A DNA stretch of 62,124 nt, filler included, from Jimgerdemannia flammicorona (lineage: Eukaryota): assembly GCA_003990765.1 (NCBI GenBank). It is 2 parts of 2 records of this genome, joined end to end, with 100 filler letters (N's around TTAATTAATTAA, not from the genome) between each part and the next. Parts side by side here need not be neighbours in the genome. Positions count along the whole stretch, not along the records: positions 1 to 31,022 come from RBNJ01000414.1; positions 31,123 to 62,124 come from RBNJ01000415.1. One strand, written 5' to 3'. This document shows positions 25,905 through 39,125 of the stretch, piece after piece (the first letter of the stretch is position 1; the number at the start of each line of letters is the position of its first letter). A program made the position numbers and the translations under genes. The notes under the pieces are model-generated. The model saw nothing but the letters and a program-made list of their open reading frames with translations, was not told the DNA's origin and did no database searches.

Positions 25905-26180
25905 TGTAATAGGTGGCGAGTCCCATGAAGGCTTGAGCTTCTGTAACTGTGGTGGGTCTTAGGTAGGCTGCAACTGTTTGAATCTTGATGGAGTCTGTGT
26001 GGGTTCCAGTCCGATTGATGATATATCCAAGGTAGAAGATCTCGATTTCTGCAAACTTGCATTTCTTTGGCTTGAACAGGCCATGCTCTCTCAATTTCTG
26101 CAAGATTCGATGGATGTTCCTTCGCTGTCTTGCTGAAGATGATCACATCCGTTTAGTGTTTACATCATTACCAAACCGTC
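25905..26180 (-). pseudogene. Isolated Gypsy RT fragment related to family B
   Basis: VIIFSKT...KPKKCKFAEIEIFYLGYII...FMGLATYY; resembles 20480-20735. Confidence 0.8.
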
Positions 26181-26695
26181 TGCGAGATGAAATACATCTG
26201 CGTCCCATCCTCGATCCAAACCCATCGCGCAACTATCTCCACCTTCCCCACCGGCCCCTATCTTCGCACGTACCTACCTGACATCAATAGAAACAATGTT
26301 ACCACACCTACCCAACGCTTCGTTCGAAGCCCACCACCCTCGCCCCCCTACGCAGAAAACCAACAACGGAAAAAAATAAAATAAAATCCGCTTCATAGAT
26401 CCCAAGGCATAATCCGATAGATGTAACTCACGAAATCAAAACATGCATAGTAAATTTCAAGAGGAGACTGGTTTAATTGCAAGGGGTTGAGGTAGTATTT
26501 ACAAGCAGTTGTTGGTCTAGCAATTGTACGTAAATTCAATTTACATGTAATGAATGAGAATATAAAGATAAAATGGAAGAGAGGCAAGAAGAATCATATT
26601 ATAGCAAAGCAAAAACATCATCCGAATTATCAGCATTTTTAGAGATCACTACCCGCAACCAAATCATCCTATCACCCAATCTCAATCACGCCCAG

Positions 26696-29600
26696 TTACC
26701 GCACGACGCAATCCGTGCGCACCGAGTAATCAGTAAACGCTATGGAACAATCTGTGCTCATGCTGACAACGGTGTTGCGGCCAGGCAGGAAGAGGGCCCT
26801 GAGGACGCGGCGTTCTATGTACGAGAGAGGATGAGGGGGGACAAGCAAGTGCATTAGGACAACGATTGGACGGGATGGGACAAACAAGGTGCTTTGTGTA
26901 ACCTAACCTCTCCCTTGCCGATACGGACCATGTGCGTCAAAACTGATAGCCGGTCCACGCTTCACGCCGGTGTAGCGAATGTCCCTATGTGGCGGAATGG
27001 GAGGCAACGTAACGATGATGTCAGCGAAGAATTGAATATGATTTCCTTGTAATTCCGACCCTCCATGAAAAATATATACTCACCAGAAATGTAATTTCCC
27101 CTCCGATTGGCTCCCACAAGCCACCAGATACCTTTTACGGAAAACAAAAAGAAAAGAAATTGAAGTCAGAACAAAGAACGACATCCAAGCCAACGTTTCA
27201 TCCACACAAAAGTGACATGCTATCCAACTCGCTCCGAACAAACAAGACCCACATCCACCACAACTAAACAGGCCCCAACCCCAACCCCCGAATACTCACC
27301 CATTCCCATGCCAGCACGGTGCGATGTAGCGCGACAAGTTCTCGTGCTGACTAAACCCGAACTGTATGGTGAACCTCTGGCCCTGGTCGCGAATGTCGAA
27401 GAGACCAAGCTGATTTGATTTCGATGACAAACTGCGGGGACGGGTGGACAAGGTAGCGAGATAGACGGGGGAGGAGGGTAAGAAATTGAATATGTTGGGG
27501 ACATAGGCGAGTGACGTGCCCGATGTGCCAGAATCCACAAGCCTGCAACATATGGTCCATGTCTACCTACCTGAACAGCAGCAATTTGGGATCGGCAGGG
27601 TTCTGCAATATATGATTTACCTACGCAACATGCACAGACCGAGCAAGAACGCCAATGAGTACAACTAGGCGCCCCCACAAAATCCGCACATTTATCGTCC
27701 ACAGGAATTCAACTCTCACCCTTTCGTTGAGCTTTCCCTCGCTCTCCTGAGTATCCCTCGCAACATTCCACCCAAAGTACTTGGAATCCGCACCGCCAGT
27801 ATAAAGCACGCCGCGTTGCCTATCATAGCACAGCGCGTGCACAACCGAAGTATGGCGGATGGGCAAGGGCGAGGTGGATATGACTCGGAAATCCTCGGTA
27901 GTTGTGTCGCGGGTGAGCTCCCAGTGGACCTGAGTGCGTTGGCGGGTCGATTCGGCGGGTCAGTTCGTCACATAAATACCCCACCCCCACGACTCTGATT
28001 CATTCAATACCCCCAACAACGCAACCTTCGTCACCTACTCACCACAATCTTGTCAGCGCCGCCCGTAACGAAACTCATGCGCTGGCCCCCGCTGCCATCG
28101 GACACACCGTCGATGACCGGAGCGATGACCGACAAGTACTTGTCATGCGGGCGCGGAGTGAGGTGCTGAATCCTGGAGGTGACCCTGGCCTAGTGGTTGG
28201 TGTTTTACGAACATATGAATAAACCTTCAACCTTCTCCTCGACACCCCCCCCCCCCAAAATAAAATAAAATAAAATAAAATAAAAAATCCCATACCTTCG
28301 ACACATCCTCGACATGAACAAGGCCGACCAGACACGGATCGCGGTTTCCTTCCTTTTGTGCCGCTCCAACGGCGAGGGTGTTCTCGGTGACCCAACACAT
28401 GTCCTCAGGCCAGGGCATGCGTAGGCGTCCCTTGTTGACCGAGCTTAGGATGCTTATTATTATTATTTTTTGGAGGGCTCAGAGTTAGACAAAAAGTTTG
28501 GATATGATGCGAGAAGAAATGAGGTGTGTGACGTACCATCGCGAGCTCGATGTCCAGAATTGGATTTCGCTATGGTGGGTATGATGTCGTTTGATGAGAT
28601 GAGTAGGAAAATGAAAATAATAATAAAACAAAATTAGGAACAAACTGACTCACATTGCCACTGATCCCATCCCACCAAAAATCTTCTCCACCCCCTTTTC
28701 TTCCCACAACCTACCCATCCAACGAGCTGGTCGTCATCAAATCGCTCATCAAAGATCCGCTATTCTTCGAGACATTAAACAACAGACTCCGAGGCTTCCT
28801 CGTAAACGCCTTGGTTTTCACATACTTGATTGGCGAAAACAAGACGTCGCACGTGTCAAGTTGTGCGACGGGGATGGAGGAGGAAACCGAGCTTCGCGGG
28901 CCATGCCGGCTGGATTGTTTGGGTGTCGTTGGGGACGGGATTGACGATAACGTCGATGACGTCGATGCGGACGAAGAGGACGAGTCGCGCCTCGGGGCCG
29001 TGGCGACGGTATCGATCCTCATTGCCGCCACTGATGAAGATGTGGAGGTCGAAGTGATTGTAACCGCGCCATTGGAGGACGGCTTCCGCTGCGGGGGGAG
29101 CGGAACACTGCGTTTGGATGTCTGAGGCATGGTAGCGGCGAGAACGGATGTAGTGGGTTTTGGGGGCTGAACACGTTCGCGTTCGCGTTCGCGAGTCGAT
29201 ATCTCCGGCTCCAGCTGTGGGAGGGTGCGTTGCGTCGTGGGTGGGGATGGATTAGGTGCAACGACGGGCATGTAGTCTGGTTTCGGAACGGTAGGGGAGG
29301 GGAGCGGGGGCGCAACCATATTTTCGGCAAGTATACGGACTTTACGCTCGAGACGACGGCTGGTGCGCTGGATGGTACGTGAAATGGCTTTTACTCTGTC
29401 GGTGGCACGGGCGTAGCGGGTGCGGTTGCGTTCGAGCTAAGAGTTGGGGGATGAGAGAGGTGGTTGTAGTTTGTTTGACATATATCTTTCTAGCTACCTA
29501 CCCATCAAAATATAACACATTTCCCTCCTCAAAAAAAAAAATATAAAATACCTACCGAAATTAACAGATCGTGAATCTCCCCCTGCGTCCTCAACGGATT

Positions 29601-30356
29601 CATCAACATGCTCTCCCTCGCAACCATAATATCGTCCTCCTCGCTCTCTGATTCCCCCTCAGACGTGGACTCGTCCTCAGACGTGGTCGACCTACTCCGT
29701 TTGCGACTCCAAGATCTCGACCTGGAGCGCGATCTCCTGCCGCGACCATAACCCAGGTGACGAACGGATTGGGAGGCGTGGTGAGACGGGTTCTGGTGGT
29801 GTTTTTCGGAAGAGTGTTGATAGTGGGATCGCGGAGGGAGGACCGGAGAGTCTGGTGTCGGTCGGTGGTTGGGGGGTGGGTTTGGATTTACAAACTGGCG
29901 CTTGGGGCTCGGGTCCCGTCTGGGATCGTAGGTCGCGTCATCGTAGCGGCGCTTGGAGGAGCTGTTGACCGTGATGTCCGAGCGTGCATAGTAGTTGGAT
30001 GAGGATGAAGAATTTTCGTGTACTGTTGTGGTATGGACTCTTAGTCTCTTTGCTGGGGGCACACCGTCGTCGGTCGCGGCAAGTGGAGCGGGACGTGTAG
30101 GGGTGGTTGATGGGGAGGAAAACGGTCCGTTCCCCCTCTGCTCTCGCGAGTCGGAGTTGTTGTTGTTGTTGTTGTTGCGATCCCAGTTGGATTGATATGG
30201 AGGGCGGCGGTCGTATGATGGTGTATCCTGAGGTCTCAGTGATGAGGTGGAGAGAAGGCTGCGGGGAATAGCGGGTGGATGATGGCGGGTGTCGACAAAA
30301 TTAGTTGGGAGAGGGTGCGCGCCCAATGGGTTTCTCTGGCGGTGTCCACCATGCAT
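26696..30356 (-). CDS. Host gene, about 824 aa: disordered Ser/Arg/Pro-rich N-terminus, coiled coil, C-terminal WD40 propeller. Exons 30356-29556, 29436-28715, 28569-28537, 28452-28296, 28189-28043, 27929-27720, 27620-27571, 27431-27300, 27131-27084, 26984-26929, 26814-26696
   Basis: All ten introns are GT-AG and phases are consistent, giving a 2475-nt frame ending in TAA. WD motifs TSSLDGEIQFW, VTGGADKIVVHW, YTGGADSKYFGW, LFDIR, HFWDIRY. CpG-rich, unlike the flanking TEs. Confidence 0.88.
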
Positions 30357-30888
30357 GATTTTGCGGGGAGGAGGTAGGGAGGAGAGATGTGTCAAGAGTT
30401 CAAATTGTTCGATGCAGTTAAAGGTCACTCACTCACACAACCATTTCCTTCAAATGGATCATTGATGTACCGAATAGTCGTCTTCCTGTGGTCCCGCCCA
30501 CCGCAGCAATTGCGCAGTACTATTGTGTTTATTAATCTCAAATGATTGAGGCCCAAATAATTGATTTCACATAAAAAGAACCCCGCAGGCAACGCGAGAA
30601 CCCACCACTACATTGGTTCCCATCGAGCTGAAGTTGCTTTTGGCCAGGTAGGAGATTGGTCTTGTTAACTAAATAATTTGATAAAAATAGTTTACAAACC
30701 TACAATTATAGTTATAGTAATCTAAATATTAACTATAATTTGGTATATTGTTTATTATTAAGCTAAGGTTTACTTTATTTTATTTTATTTTATTCTAATA
30801 AAAATTGTCTAAAAAATTATATTTATTTTAAACTAGTTGATAATTTTTTATAATTATGAATACTTATAAACTATTTATTATATATTAA

Positions 30889-30929
<41 letters not shown>

Positions 30930-30950
30930 ATTTAAATTTTTTAATTAAAT

Positions 30951-31022
<72 letters not shown>

Positions 31023-31122
31023 NNNNNNNNNNNNNNNNNNNNNNNNNNNNNNNNNNNNNNNNNNNNTTAATTAATTAANNNNNNNNNNNNNNNNNNNNNN
31101 NNNNNNNNNNNNNNNNNNNNNN
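31023..31122. other. Artificial contig/scaffold spacer N44-TTAATTAATTAA-N44
   Basis: Exactly 100 nt and symmetric. TTAATTAATTAA is the standard linker with stops in all six frames. Confidence 0.92.
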
Positions 31123-32425
31123 CCCGAACCCTCCCACCACTCTTCTGGGAGATACACTGCACCAAACCCCTGTGGTACCCCCCACCCATCTCCCAACCCT
31201 GCCACCAGCTATTCAAAATGTCCAACAGCAACCATTCCCACCATGCCACCTTTTCACCAACCCCAACCTGATGCCTGTCCTCAAATACATGTACCCAATG
31301 CCCCACCAGCCCAACCCACATAGCCAAGGCCCAGCCAAGGGTCAGTCATTTGTCTCCAACCCCACCCACTAATCGCTGGCGAAGCTCTCCCCCTCCCCCC
31401 TCCCTCCCCTCCCCCAGCCCCCAATCCTACCCTGTCTATAATACATCTCCAGAAATATCCCAAAACCTCACACTCACTAAGCCAATGTTCAGGCATTTGT
31501 ACCACTCCACCCTCCTGACCAACATTGAAACAATCCTTGCACTCGAATACCCCACCATCCACCAAGTGACCAGACTGATAGTTCAATATCACATTCTGCT
31601 GTAATATCTGCCACCACATCAACCAGAACTTGGGGGGCAGCCACTGCCTCACCCATTTGCTCCAAAGCCAGAGCCCATTCCAATCCCACTCCTTCCCGAT
31701 TCCAACCCTCTGCCAGGCTTCAGGCCACAGGTCTCCACCTAGGCCTCACAGACACTCCAGACCCTTGCCAAGCTGAAAGTCCTCCACCAGAACACCACCT
31801 AATAGAAGCCTGTCCCATCTCCACATCTGTGGTCCCCAAACCTCCTCGGCCTCATCATCTCGCCACCGAAGTCCAATTTTCTTAGCACCATCCACCGCTC
31901 CCCACCAAAAGCCTGTAAACCGCATCCTCCGGCTCTCTTCCATGGCCACCATTGCAAGCAGGTCACCAGAGCCACCACGTGGGGAGTATCGAACCTCCCA
32001 CAACCTCTGCATGAGTGGCACCCACTCCCGACCTCTAAGCTCACTTGCCCTCCTTAGCCACCAGGCCCTCAGACATAGAAGCCATTTAGTAAAGTCCACT
32101 AAGCCCAGCCCACCTCTTTCCAAGGGCAGTGTGAGCACCTCCCAACCAACCTGGCTCCACTGCCCTCTCCAAATCCATGACCTCGCCATCTTCAAAAACC
32201 CCTTAACCACCCAAGGTGGGAAATCCAAATGATATCCAACATACCACAGCTTCAGTATCCAGTACACATTCAACACCATCACCCTTCCAGCAAGGGACAT
32301 ATGCCAGCCTCCCCATCACATCAAGACATTACCCCACTCCAGCAGTTTATGGTCCCACCATGCCCAGAGGAGAAGAGATCTGAACACTGAGAAGTAGATC
32401 TCCAAGTAGCGCACTGGTTCACCAG
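31123..32425 (-). mobile_element. 5'-truncated L1/Tx1-like LINE (ORF2 C-terminal half) inserted into exon 4 of the MFS gene
   Basis: GEPVRYL, SLAGRVMVLNVYW, LPLERGGLGL, CKDC..EHWLSEC. Colinear with 46330-47640. Confidence 0.9.
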
Positions 32426-33204
32426 ATGGAAGACCTAGTTAATTGACGAGTCAAGAGGGAGTTTTGGTAAGGGACGTCAGTTCGAGCCAAACCTAATTTG
32501 ATAACTAAAATGATTGTCTCGACTGAAGAAAATGAACCTAGCGATCTCTTCTCAAGGATTACAAATCACATCGTGACTCCCTCGCTTATCTTTTCCATTC
32601 CACTTATACTACCATTTTGGTCGCGTGATGTCACGAGATAAGTCCACCCACAACATCATTTTGGTCGCGTGATATCACGAGATAAGTATTGGTTTTGTGG
32701 ATGTCCGAAACTCACCTGAGAAGAATTGGGCGATGGCAAAACTCGATGAGATGTAACCGACGTAGAATCCAATCTTGTTGTGACGTTGAAGTCTCTCACC
32801 ATCTGTGTGAAAGATACATATGAGGAGAAGGGGGAGGGGGGTTATTAAACAATTAGATGGTATGAAAGCATGCCAATAAAATAAAATAAAATTAATTTAA
32901 ATAAAATAAAATAAAATAAAATAAAATAAAATAAAATAAAAAAATAAAATAAAAAAACGTGCAAGCTGCAAGAAATACAGACGCATTACTTACAAAGTAG
33001 ACAAAGGGGAATAGGATGGTGAAGCAGACGGGTTCCTGGAATGAGGGGGTGGGTGGTTTCGGTGAACAGGCGAAAGAGACAGAAGGAGAGCTTTGTGAAA
33101 CGAAGTCACACATGGTGGTTTATACATACTGCAAAGCGACAGACACACAGAATGAACAACTGTCTCATGGGGAAAGATAGATGTTTTTTTCCGGCAGTTT
33201 CCAT
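32426..33204 (-). pseudogene. 5' part of an MFS transporter of the YCR023C/ZIFL1 type. Exons 33204-33130, 33035-32994, 32802-32716, 32434-32426; frameshifted and LINE-disrupted
   Basis: Spliced translation METAGKKHLSFPMRQLFILCVCRFA|EPVCFTILFPFVYF|MVRDFNVT(frameshift)KIGFYVGYISSSFAIAQFFS G|LP, with GT-AG introns. Matches the recalled family N-terminal pattern FP..QL....RF.EP..F..LFP.VYFMVRDF. Confidence 0.85.
32613..32687. repeat. 31-bp direct repeat with a palindromic core, in intron 3 of the MFS gene
   Basis: CATTTTGGTCGCGTGAT(G/A)TCACGAGATAAGT at 32613-32643 and 32657-32687. Confidence 0.9.
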
Positions 33205-34134
33205 GGTTGGATTTTGGAGTGTACGCGGGTATGGATGGCAGGGTATAGAAGACAGAAGAGATGGTCGGAGAGCTTGCAAAAAAAATATGCAATTGTTCCA
33301 TTCGGGGAATTTCATCATGAGAGTCACGTGGGATGGGATCGCCAATTCCTCTGGGCGCGGACCCCGTTGCATACGAATGCATGTGCATAGTAGTAACCAG
33401 TCGGCCATTCAGTCCTGTCCTCCTCACTTCCCATATGCAGCCAACACCCGACAAGCCTTCTTGTTTGAGCCAACCAAGAGAAACCCGTCAAAAGCGGCAG
33501 GTTAGGAAACACCATAACATTGGTGGCTTGGTATAGCAGCATCCGATTTTACACATGTAAACCCTCCGCCGCGGAGCGCGGCTCATTTTTCTAAGTATGT
33601 GGGCAGTGCCGAAAGCCGAAAGCCAATTTCATATATTATATATATATTCCATATATTATATATGTATTAGCAATAAAGGACGGCAACGTGCCACGTGCTC
33701 CGGTTTTCCATCCGAGTAGGAGCCTTATCACATGATCCGTCATTCCCCCACAAAAAAAAAAACATGAAATAGAAACACATTCCAAACCAAACTCCGCTAT
33801 GCTGATTTTTTGGCATCTTTGCCACCACCAAAACTGCATTAAAAAACATTAAGTTATAATGATTACGCACCTATCAGAAATTGAGGTTTCAACCGAGGAA
33901 CTCAATGTACGTGATCCTCCGTATGCAAGTATTTGTCATAGAATGAGGGTTGGTACGTGGCTTTCATGGGAGCGACTCGCTTGGTGTGCGAACCTGATAC
34001 GGACATGGTGTGATGCAAATATTGCCAAACGCGAAAAATCCAACTTCGCATACTATCGACCCAAAATAGTCAAACGAGGTCAAAAAAATTAGATTGAAAA
34101 ATTAGATTGATGATATATGGATTTTTTATAAGCA

Positions 34135-34500
34135 ATTAAGCTTACATCACCTACGTAAGCTTATGCCACCTACTTAGGCTTATGCCACCCATTTAAACTT
34201 ATGCTACCAACTTAAGCTTATACTATCCACTTAAGCTTATACCACCTAATCTCTATCAAATATATGAGTCAATATAAGCTACATAATCTATAATATCCAT
34301 GAGCAACACATGTCATACAAGCTATGCAAGGTGAGCAAACTGAATAAGCTGTATAAGCCATGTAAGCTGTGTAAGCCATACAAGTCATATAAGCTATACA
34401 AACTGTATAAGCTATATAAGCTAAGTAAGCTATGAGCTAACACAAACTATATAAGTTATATAAATCATATAAGTCAAGTAAGCTATATATACTATACAAA
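34135..34500. repeat. Two decayed tandem arrays (about 19-20 bp TAAGCTTATGCCACC-like units; about 9-10 bp TAAGCTATA-like units)
   Basis: Visible periodicity directly upstream of the transposase remnant. Confidence 0.7.
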
Positions 34501-34699
34501 CTGGATCAAATACAGAACTTCTTTCATATAGCTTTTCAAATTATGTAAGATACTCAAAATAAAATTATTCTGAATTTGACCTCCATCTTCTTCAATTGTA
34601 TTAGCTTACAAATAATCTCAATTGTCTTGAATCTAAAGTAATCTTGACTCAGCCCATTCACTGCTTCTTAGAATCTATACTCATATTGATATAGATAAA

Positions 34700-35900
34700 G
34701 TTGTATGCACTATTGTCTATTTAACTACAATTTATTCAGACTGAATAGTATGAGCATCCAGGCTATCTTATCAGCAAAAATATTCTTATTACCAATATAG
34801 AAGAGTGTCTAACAAATTCTGATATTGCTCAACTCTTTGGTATCTCAGAATTAACTATTAAGAGATAATTAAATAATTATAGAATCTATAGACAATTGAT
34901 AGATATTTCTGATACTGATATAGAGAATATAATAAGACATCTTAAGCAGATAATAGATACTTATAGTAGAGAGCAAATACCAACTATAGTATTGTAAAGC
35001 CAAGAAATATATATTTCTCATCATCAAATTCAAAGAGCCTTATAAGTGATTGATCTTATTCATATCTCTATATAATAAACTAAGAGTATTCAATGATGAG
35101 TCTATTGGGTTGAGTGATTAAACTCTCTCTGGTATATTGATAAATATTATAGATTGGAAAAATGAAAGATGATTATATATAGAGATATTGAGGGCAAGAC
35201 TTAGACAATAATATTTCTTATATATATTAAATAATAATAATCAGAAAGAAATAATGATGAAAGTGTTTTTATATGAAATCTGATCTTGAAGTTGTCCTAG
35301 TTGAGTTTGAGATAATAAGGAAAGTGAGAATTATACTTCTGTAAGTTTATATTGTAAATAAGAGAAATTGGCTATAGTAGTTTCATTGCTGGAAAATCTA
35401 CATATAATTAATAAATTGAATGACTTTGGCAAGATATATAGAGTCATATATTGAGAATATTTTATGAGAGAAGTTATATATATATATATATATATTTAAA
35501 TAATATTATCTAATATATTTTCTAACTTTAAATCTATTGATATTTTTAAGATTTTTTACATTATCAGAGATTTTTTAATATTGATTATCTAGTTGATATA
35601 TAGCAAATTTACTTTATATATATTCCTTAAATTTACGCAGTCTTCTAATTATTTATAAAGAGTTGGAATTGACATCTTATTGTAATAAAGAATAATAGAA
35701 CTCTATAGTAGTTATTCATTCTTGGTATATATATATATCTAATACTGAGCAATAGAATTGATTTATTGCATATAGAGATGACCAATATATTATTAATATA
35801 CTTGGAGAGATATATAAAGATTTTGAAATTGACTGAAAGGGCCCAGTTGGTATAGATAGTAAATCTAAAGAAATAGAGTCTCCTCAAGATATTGACCTTT
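34700..35900 (+). pseudogene. Decayed integrase-core (DDE) transposase of the IS3EU/IS481-like eukaryotic type
   Basis: From 35100: VYWVE*LNSLWYIDKYYRL..MIIYRDIEG, CPS*V*DNKESEN, SFIAGKSTYN**IE*LWQDI, WN*H. These are decayed forms of PNSLWHIDGHHKL, PSRVRGD.G.EN and SFIAG.S.HNQRIERLWRDV. Confidence 0.75.
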
Positions 35901-38700
35901 TAGATATATAGACTTACTTGACTTCTTAGTTAGAAACTATAGCTTCTACAGCTACATATAGGTCATATTCAACTATTTTTTGGCTGCCTTTAGGTGGGGC
36001 TATAGCAGTTGGCCTTAACTTGACAAAGTCTAGTATTTTGGTAGTCAGATTATTGAGGTGATACAGAGTAGAAATAGTTACTTATATTGTTGTTCAGGGT
36101 TTTCAGTTGAAGCAGGCACTGGTTATATGTCTTGTTTGTCAGCAATAGAAGTATGCTCTACTTCTTGAGTGTGTTTCTTTCTCCTTCAGTGAGTTTCTTG
36201 AAGATACTCAGCAAGGTGAATTCAGGATTTTGGTGTATTTAAGAGATAGATATAAAGAGAGCTCAGAATGCTTCATGTTTGGGTTCTTCTTTCTTGATCT
36301 AAAATTAATCTTTGGTATTGAATTGTCTTTGAGGCAGAATTAGTCCAGCTGTTAAGATTTGCTTGACTATAGTCTTGATTCTAACCAGGCATCATTATTG
36401 ATAATTATAACCAACTAGGCATCTTTGTTCTCAGATATTTCTTGTGAGCTATTCTGATAGTACATCAAACAAATGGTCTGCTCTTATACCATTTTGTGCT
36501 TCATCATTGGCAATATATTCTAGATCAACAGTATTCAAGAGTAACTTGAGTTTTGTATAGAAAGTTTCAAACTCCTTCTTGTCATATATATCAAATTTGA
36601 GATTACAGAGTTTCACTCAAGATTCAGCAATCAGAGTTTCACTATGATGTTTAGCAATCATGAGTTGTTTGAGTCTGGGGACTGTAGGGTGATCTCTATA
36701 TCCTGGGGTATTATTTGCTATATTTTGGGTAATAACTACAGGTTGGGTGTCTCATATGAGGAGTTTTTCAAGAAGGATTCACCTCTATTCTTCATCAGGT
36801 CCTCAGAAGAATATAACTTAATAGATATAGGCTATGGTAGTAGTAAAGAGTTTTTTGATAGTATGGTCTTGGTTATTTACTAGGAGGCAGTTGATAATGT
36901 ACTTATTGGTCTATTGGTTGACTTCAAAATTGGTATCAACTATACTATTGAAGCTTTGGACTTCTTATATAGTATCATTGAAGGTAGGTAGGCTCAGACT
37001 TTTTATTGGTTAGGTCTGTTTGGCTAAGGCAGTAATGGTTGCTGCTATTATGGCTATTTAGGTCATAAGGTCTAGAATCTATTAGTTTGCCATATTATTT
37101 CTAGAGGTAGTTGGACTATTAGTAGTAGTATTACTGATACAACTTGAGATACTGGTGCAGAGTATGATGGTATTCTTTGAGTCTATATGAGTTGCTGGAG
37201 TAACTATTATAGATCTGGTATAAGGGCCTGATAGATAACTATTATTGCTCTGTAGATATGTTTTGTCCTGAGAGAGATGCATCTCCTTTGATAGTATATC
37301 CAGGATCAAATTCAGTGAGATACTCCTTCTTCTCTTCACTTTGATCCCTGTATAGTTGGGTTGATTTAGTGTTAAAGTAAATAGTATCAGTTGTATATTA
37401 GATTTTAGATAAGCTTAATTCAAAAGCTAGTTCTGGTTCAGTATCAGCTTCAGTTTCAGATATAGTTATAGCTAGGTCTGCTTCTAGCTTAGAGTCAGAT
37501 TGTTGATGAAGAGTTTCTCTAGCTTCTTCTTTAAGAATTTAGTGGGCTTTATAATTCTGGAAATAATAGTATAAGATGGTCTTGGTCCTGGTATAGTAAT
37601 AGTTGGTAGAGTTGAGCCACTTGACTACAGAGGCTCTTAATTTATAAGGAACTCAGACTAGAAAGATAGCTGCTGGTTGTCCTAGATTACTCAGACTTGT
37701 AGAGCTGATAAAACTCATATTGAGAAGAGTAAAGAAGACTTCTATAAGACCTTCTTTATCTTAACTTGCAGAGTTTAGAGCAAGAAGTTCAGTATGCAGA
37801 GTTTTACCTATCTGTTGATTTAGTTGAAATACTTTTTTTGTAGAAGAAGTCTGTTCTACATATTGTAGGTATAGAGGTCAAATAATCCTTATATGTCAGA
37901 TTCAATTCACTTCAGATTGTCAGATAGTTCCAGTTCAGTATTTGGGCTTTATACCAAATTATAGAAATTCCTGTTAAGGGTTGTAGCTATGTATATGAGG
38001 AAGTATCTTGAAGCAGAATTGGATTATAAATCACTACTACTAGTTGTAAGAGGGTTACTTTATTAAAGTACCATTATGTAGTTCTGAAAGAGTTTTCTAG
38101 AAGTTCTTGATATTCTGAAAGACTGTTTTCTTTAAGGTCAAGATCAATTTCATATAGAGTACATCCTCTATACTTATTGATTTTAAGATTGGATTAATGT
38201 CTCTACCAAAGTCCCTTTTTTGGACTTGTTCTAAATGTTTAGGATTTTCTGAATTTCAGGAAGTTTAAGAAACTAAGTCCAGCTTAGTTGAATTGGTATA
38301 TTGCTGCAGACAATACTCAATTAGGAAATTTTAAGATCTAGTTAGGAGTGAGATCTAATATAATATAGATTTACTTAAGAGTAATTTGTAGGTTATTAAA
38401 TAGATTCATTTGCTATTCATGATATTGCTATACTAGGAGTAGTATGTAAAGGGATATTTATGTAGAGAAGTATTCTTCTGGATTTTTGTCTATATTTCTG
38501 TCTGAGTTTCTGAGGTCTGGGGAAATGAGTATTTATACTAATAAGAGGCTATCTAAACTATACTAAATATGAGTGTAGTACTTAGTGTTTTGATGAATCA
38601 GAATATAGTCATACATATAGTATAAGTGTCAACTGATATATCAAAAGATCATCTGACTAATGAGTCAGTATATAGTCAGCTAATCTAACTATTATTATGA
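35900..38700 (-). mobile_element. Very old LTR retrotransposon remnant C (LTR, decayed PBS, gag); boundaries approximate
   Basis: Decayed knuckle AYFYC*QTRHITSAC at about 36113-36157. TTACA-AC-TAGTAGTAGTG at 38032-38049 reads as a decayed LTR end plus TGGTAGCAGC-type PBS, as in Gypsy A. Confidence 0.55.
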
Positions 38701-38704
38701 AATT

Positions 38705-39125
38705 AAATCTATAATCTATATCTAGGTATTTTATTTCTACTATATCTGGCCATATCAGTATCTGAGTATTCTATTCCTGCTGTATCTGGCTGTATCTGTA
38801 TCTGGGTGTTCTGTTTCTGCTATATCTAGCTATATTTATATCTATATATTCCATTTCTACTATATCTGGCATCTAGCAATATGAGGATATATAGATACTC
38901 AATTCTTTTCAATTTCATTTCTATATAACAATTGTATTGCTGATAGATTCAAGACAATCATACTTATAAAACTACATTTTCCACTATAAAGCTATATATA
39001 TTTATAAAACTGGGTTTTTTGCAATTAAGCTATATACATATACTTATAAAACTATATTTTCTATAATAAAGCTATATATATTTATAAAACTATGTTTTTT
39101 GCAATAAAACTACATTTTTTGCAAA
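38705..39125. repeat. Two adjacent minisatellites of roughly 40-bp units (TATATCTGGCTGTATCTGTATCTGGGTGTTCTGTTTCTGC-like; ATACTTATAAAACTACATTTT...AAAGCTATAT-like)
   Basis: About four decayed copies of each unit are visible. Confidence 0.7.

Noticed and set aside
28647..28660. 7-nt micro-exon (AG-TGGCAAT-GTGAGT) in the WD40 gene
   Set aside because: Including it breaks the frame; direct splicing 28715 to 28569 gives the proper SLDGEIQFW motif.
30896..31022. Poly-T as the tail of the LINE at 31123-32425
   Set aside because: Separated by an artificial spacer, and no TSD or continuation of the MFS gene on the left side.
32990..33542. Overlapping 100-154 aa ORFs as independent genes
   Set aside because: The region is explained by the upstream region, exons 1-2 and intron 1 of the MFS gene.
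33960..34020. GAACCTGAT segment resembling a TPP riboswitch
   Set aside because: Lacks the upstream CTGAGA and the downstream TAAT...GCG.AGG elements.
34135..39125. Tandem arrays as CRISPR or telomeric repeats
   Set aside because: No unique spacers, no cas genes, eukaryotic context, and no TTAGGG-type unit.
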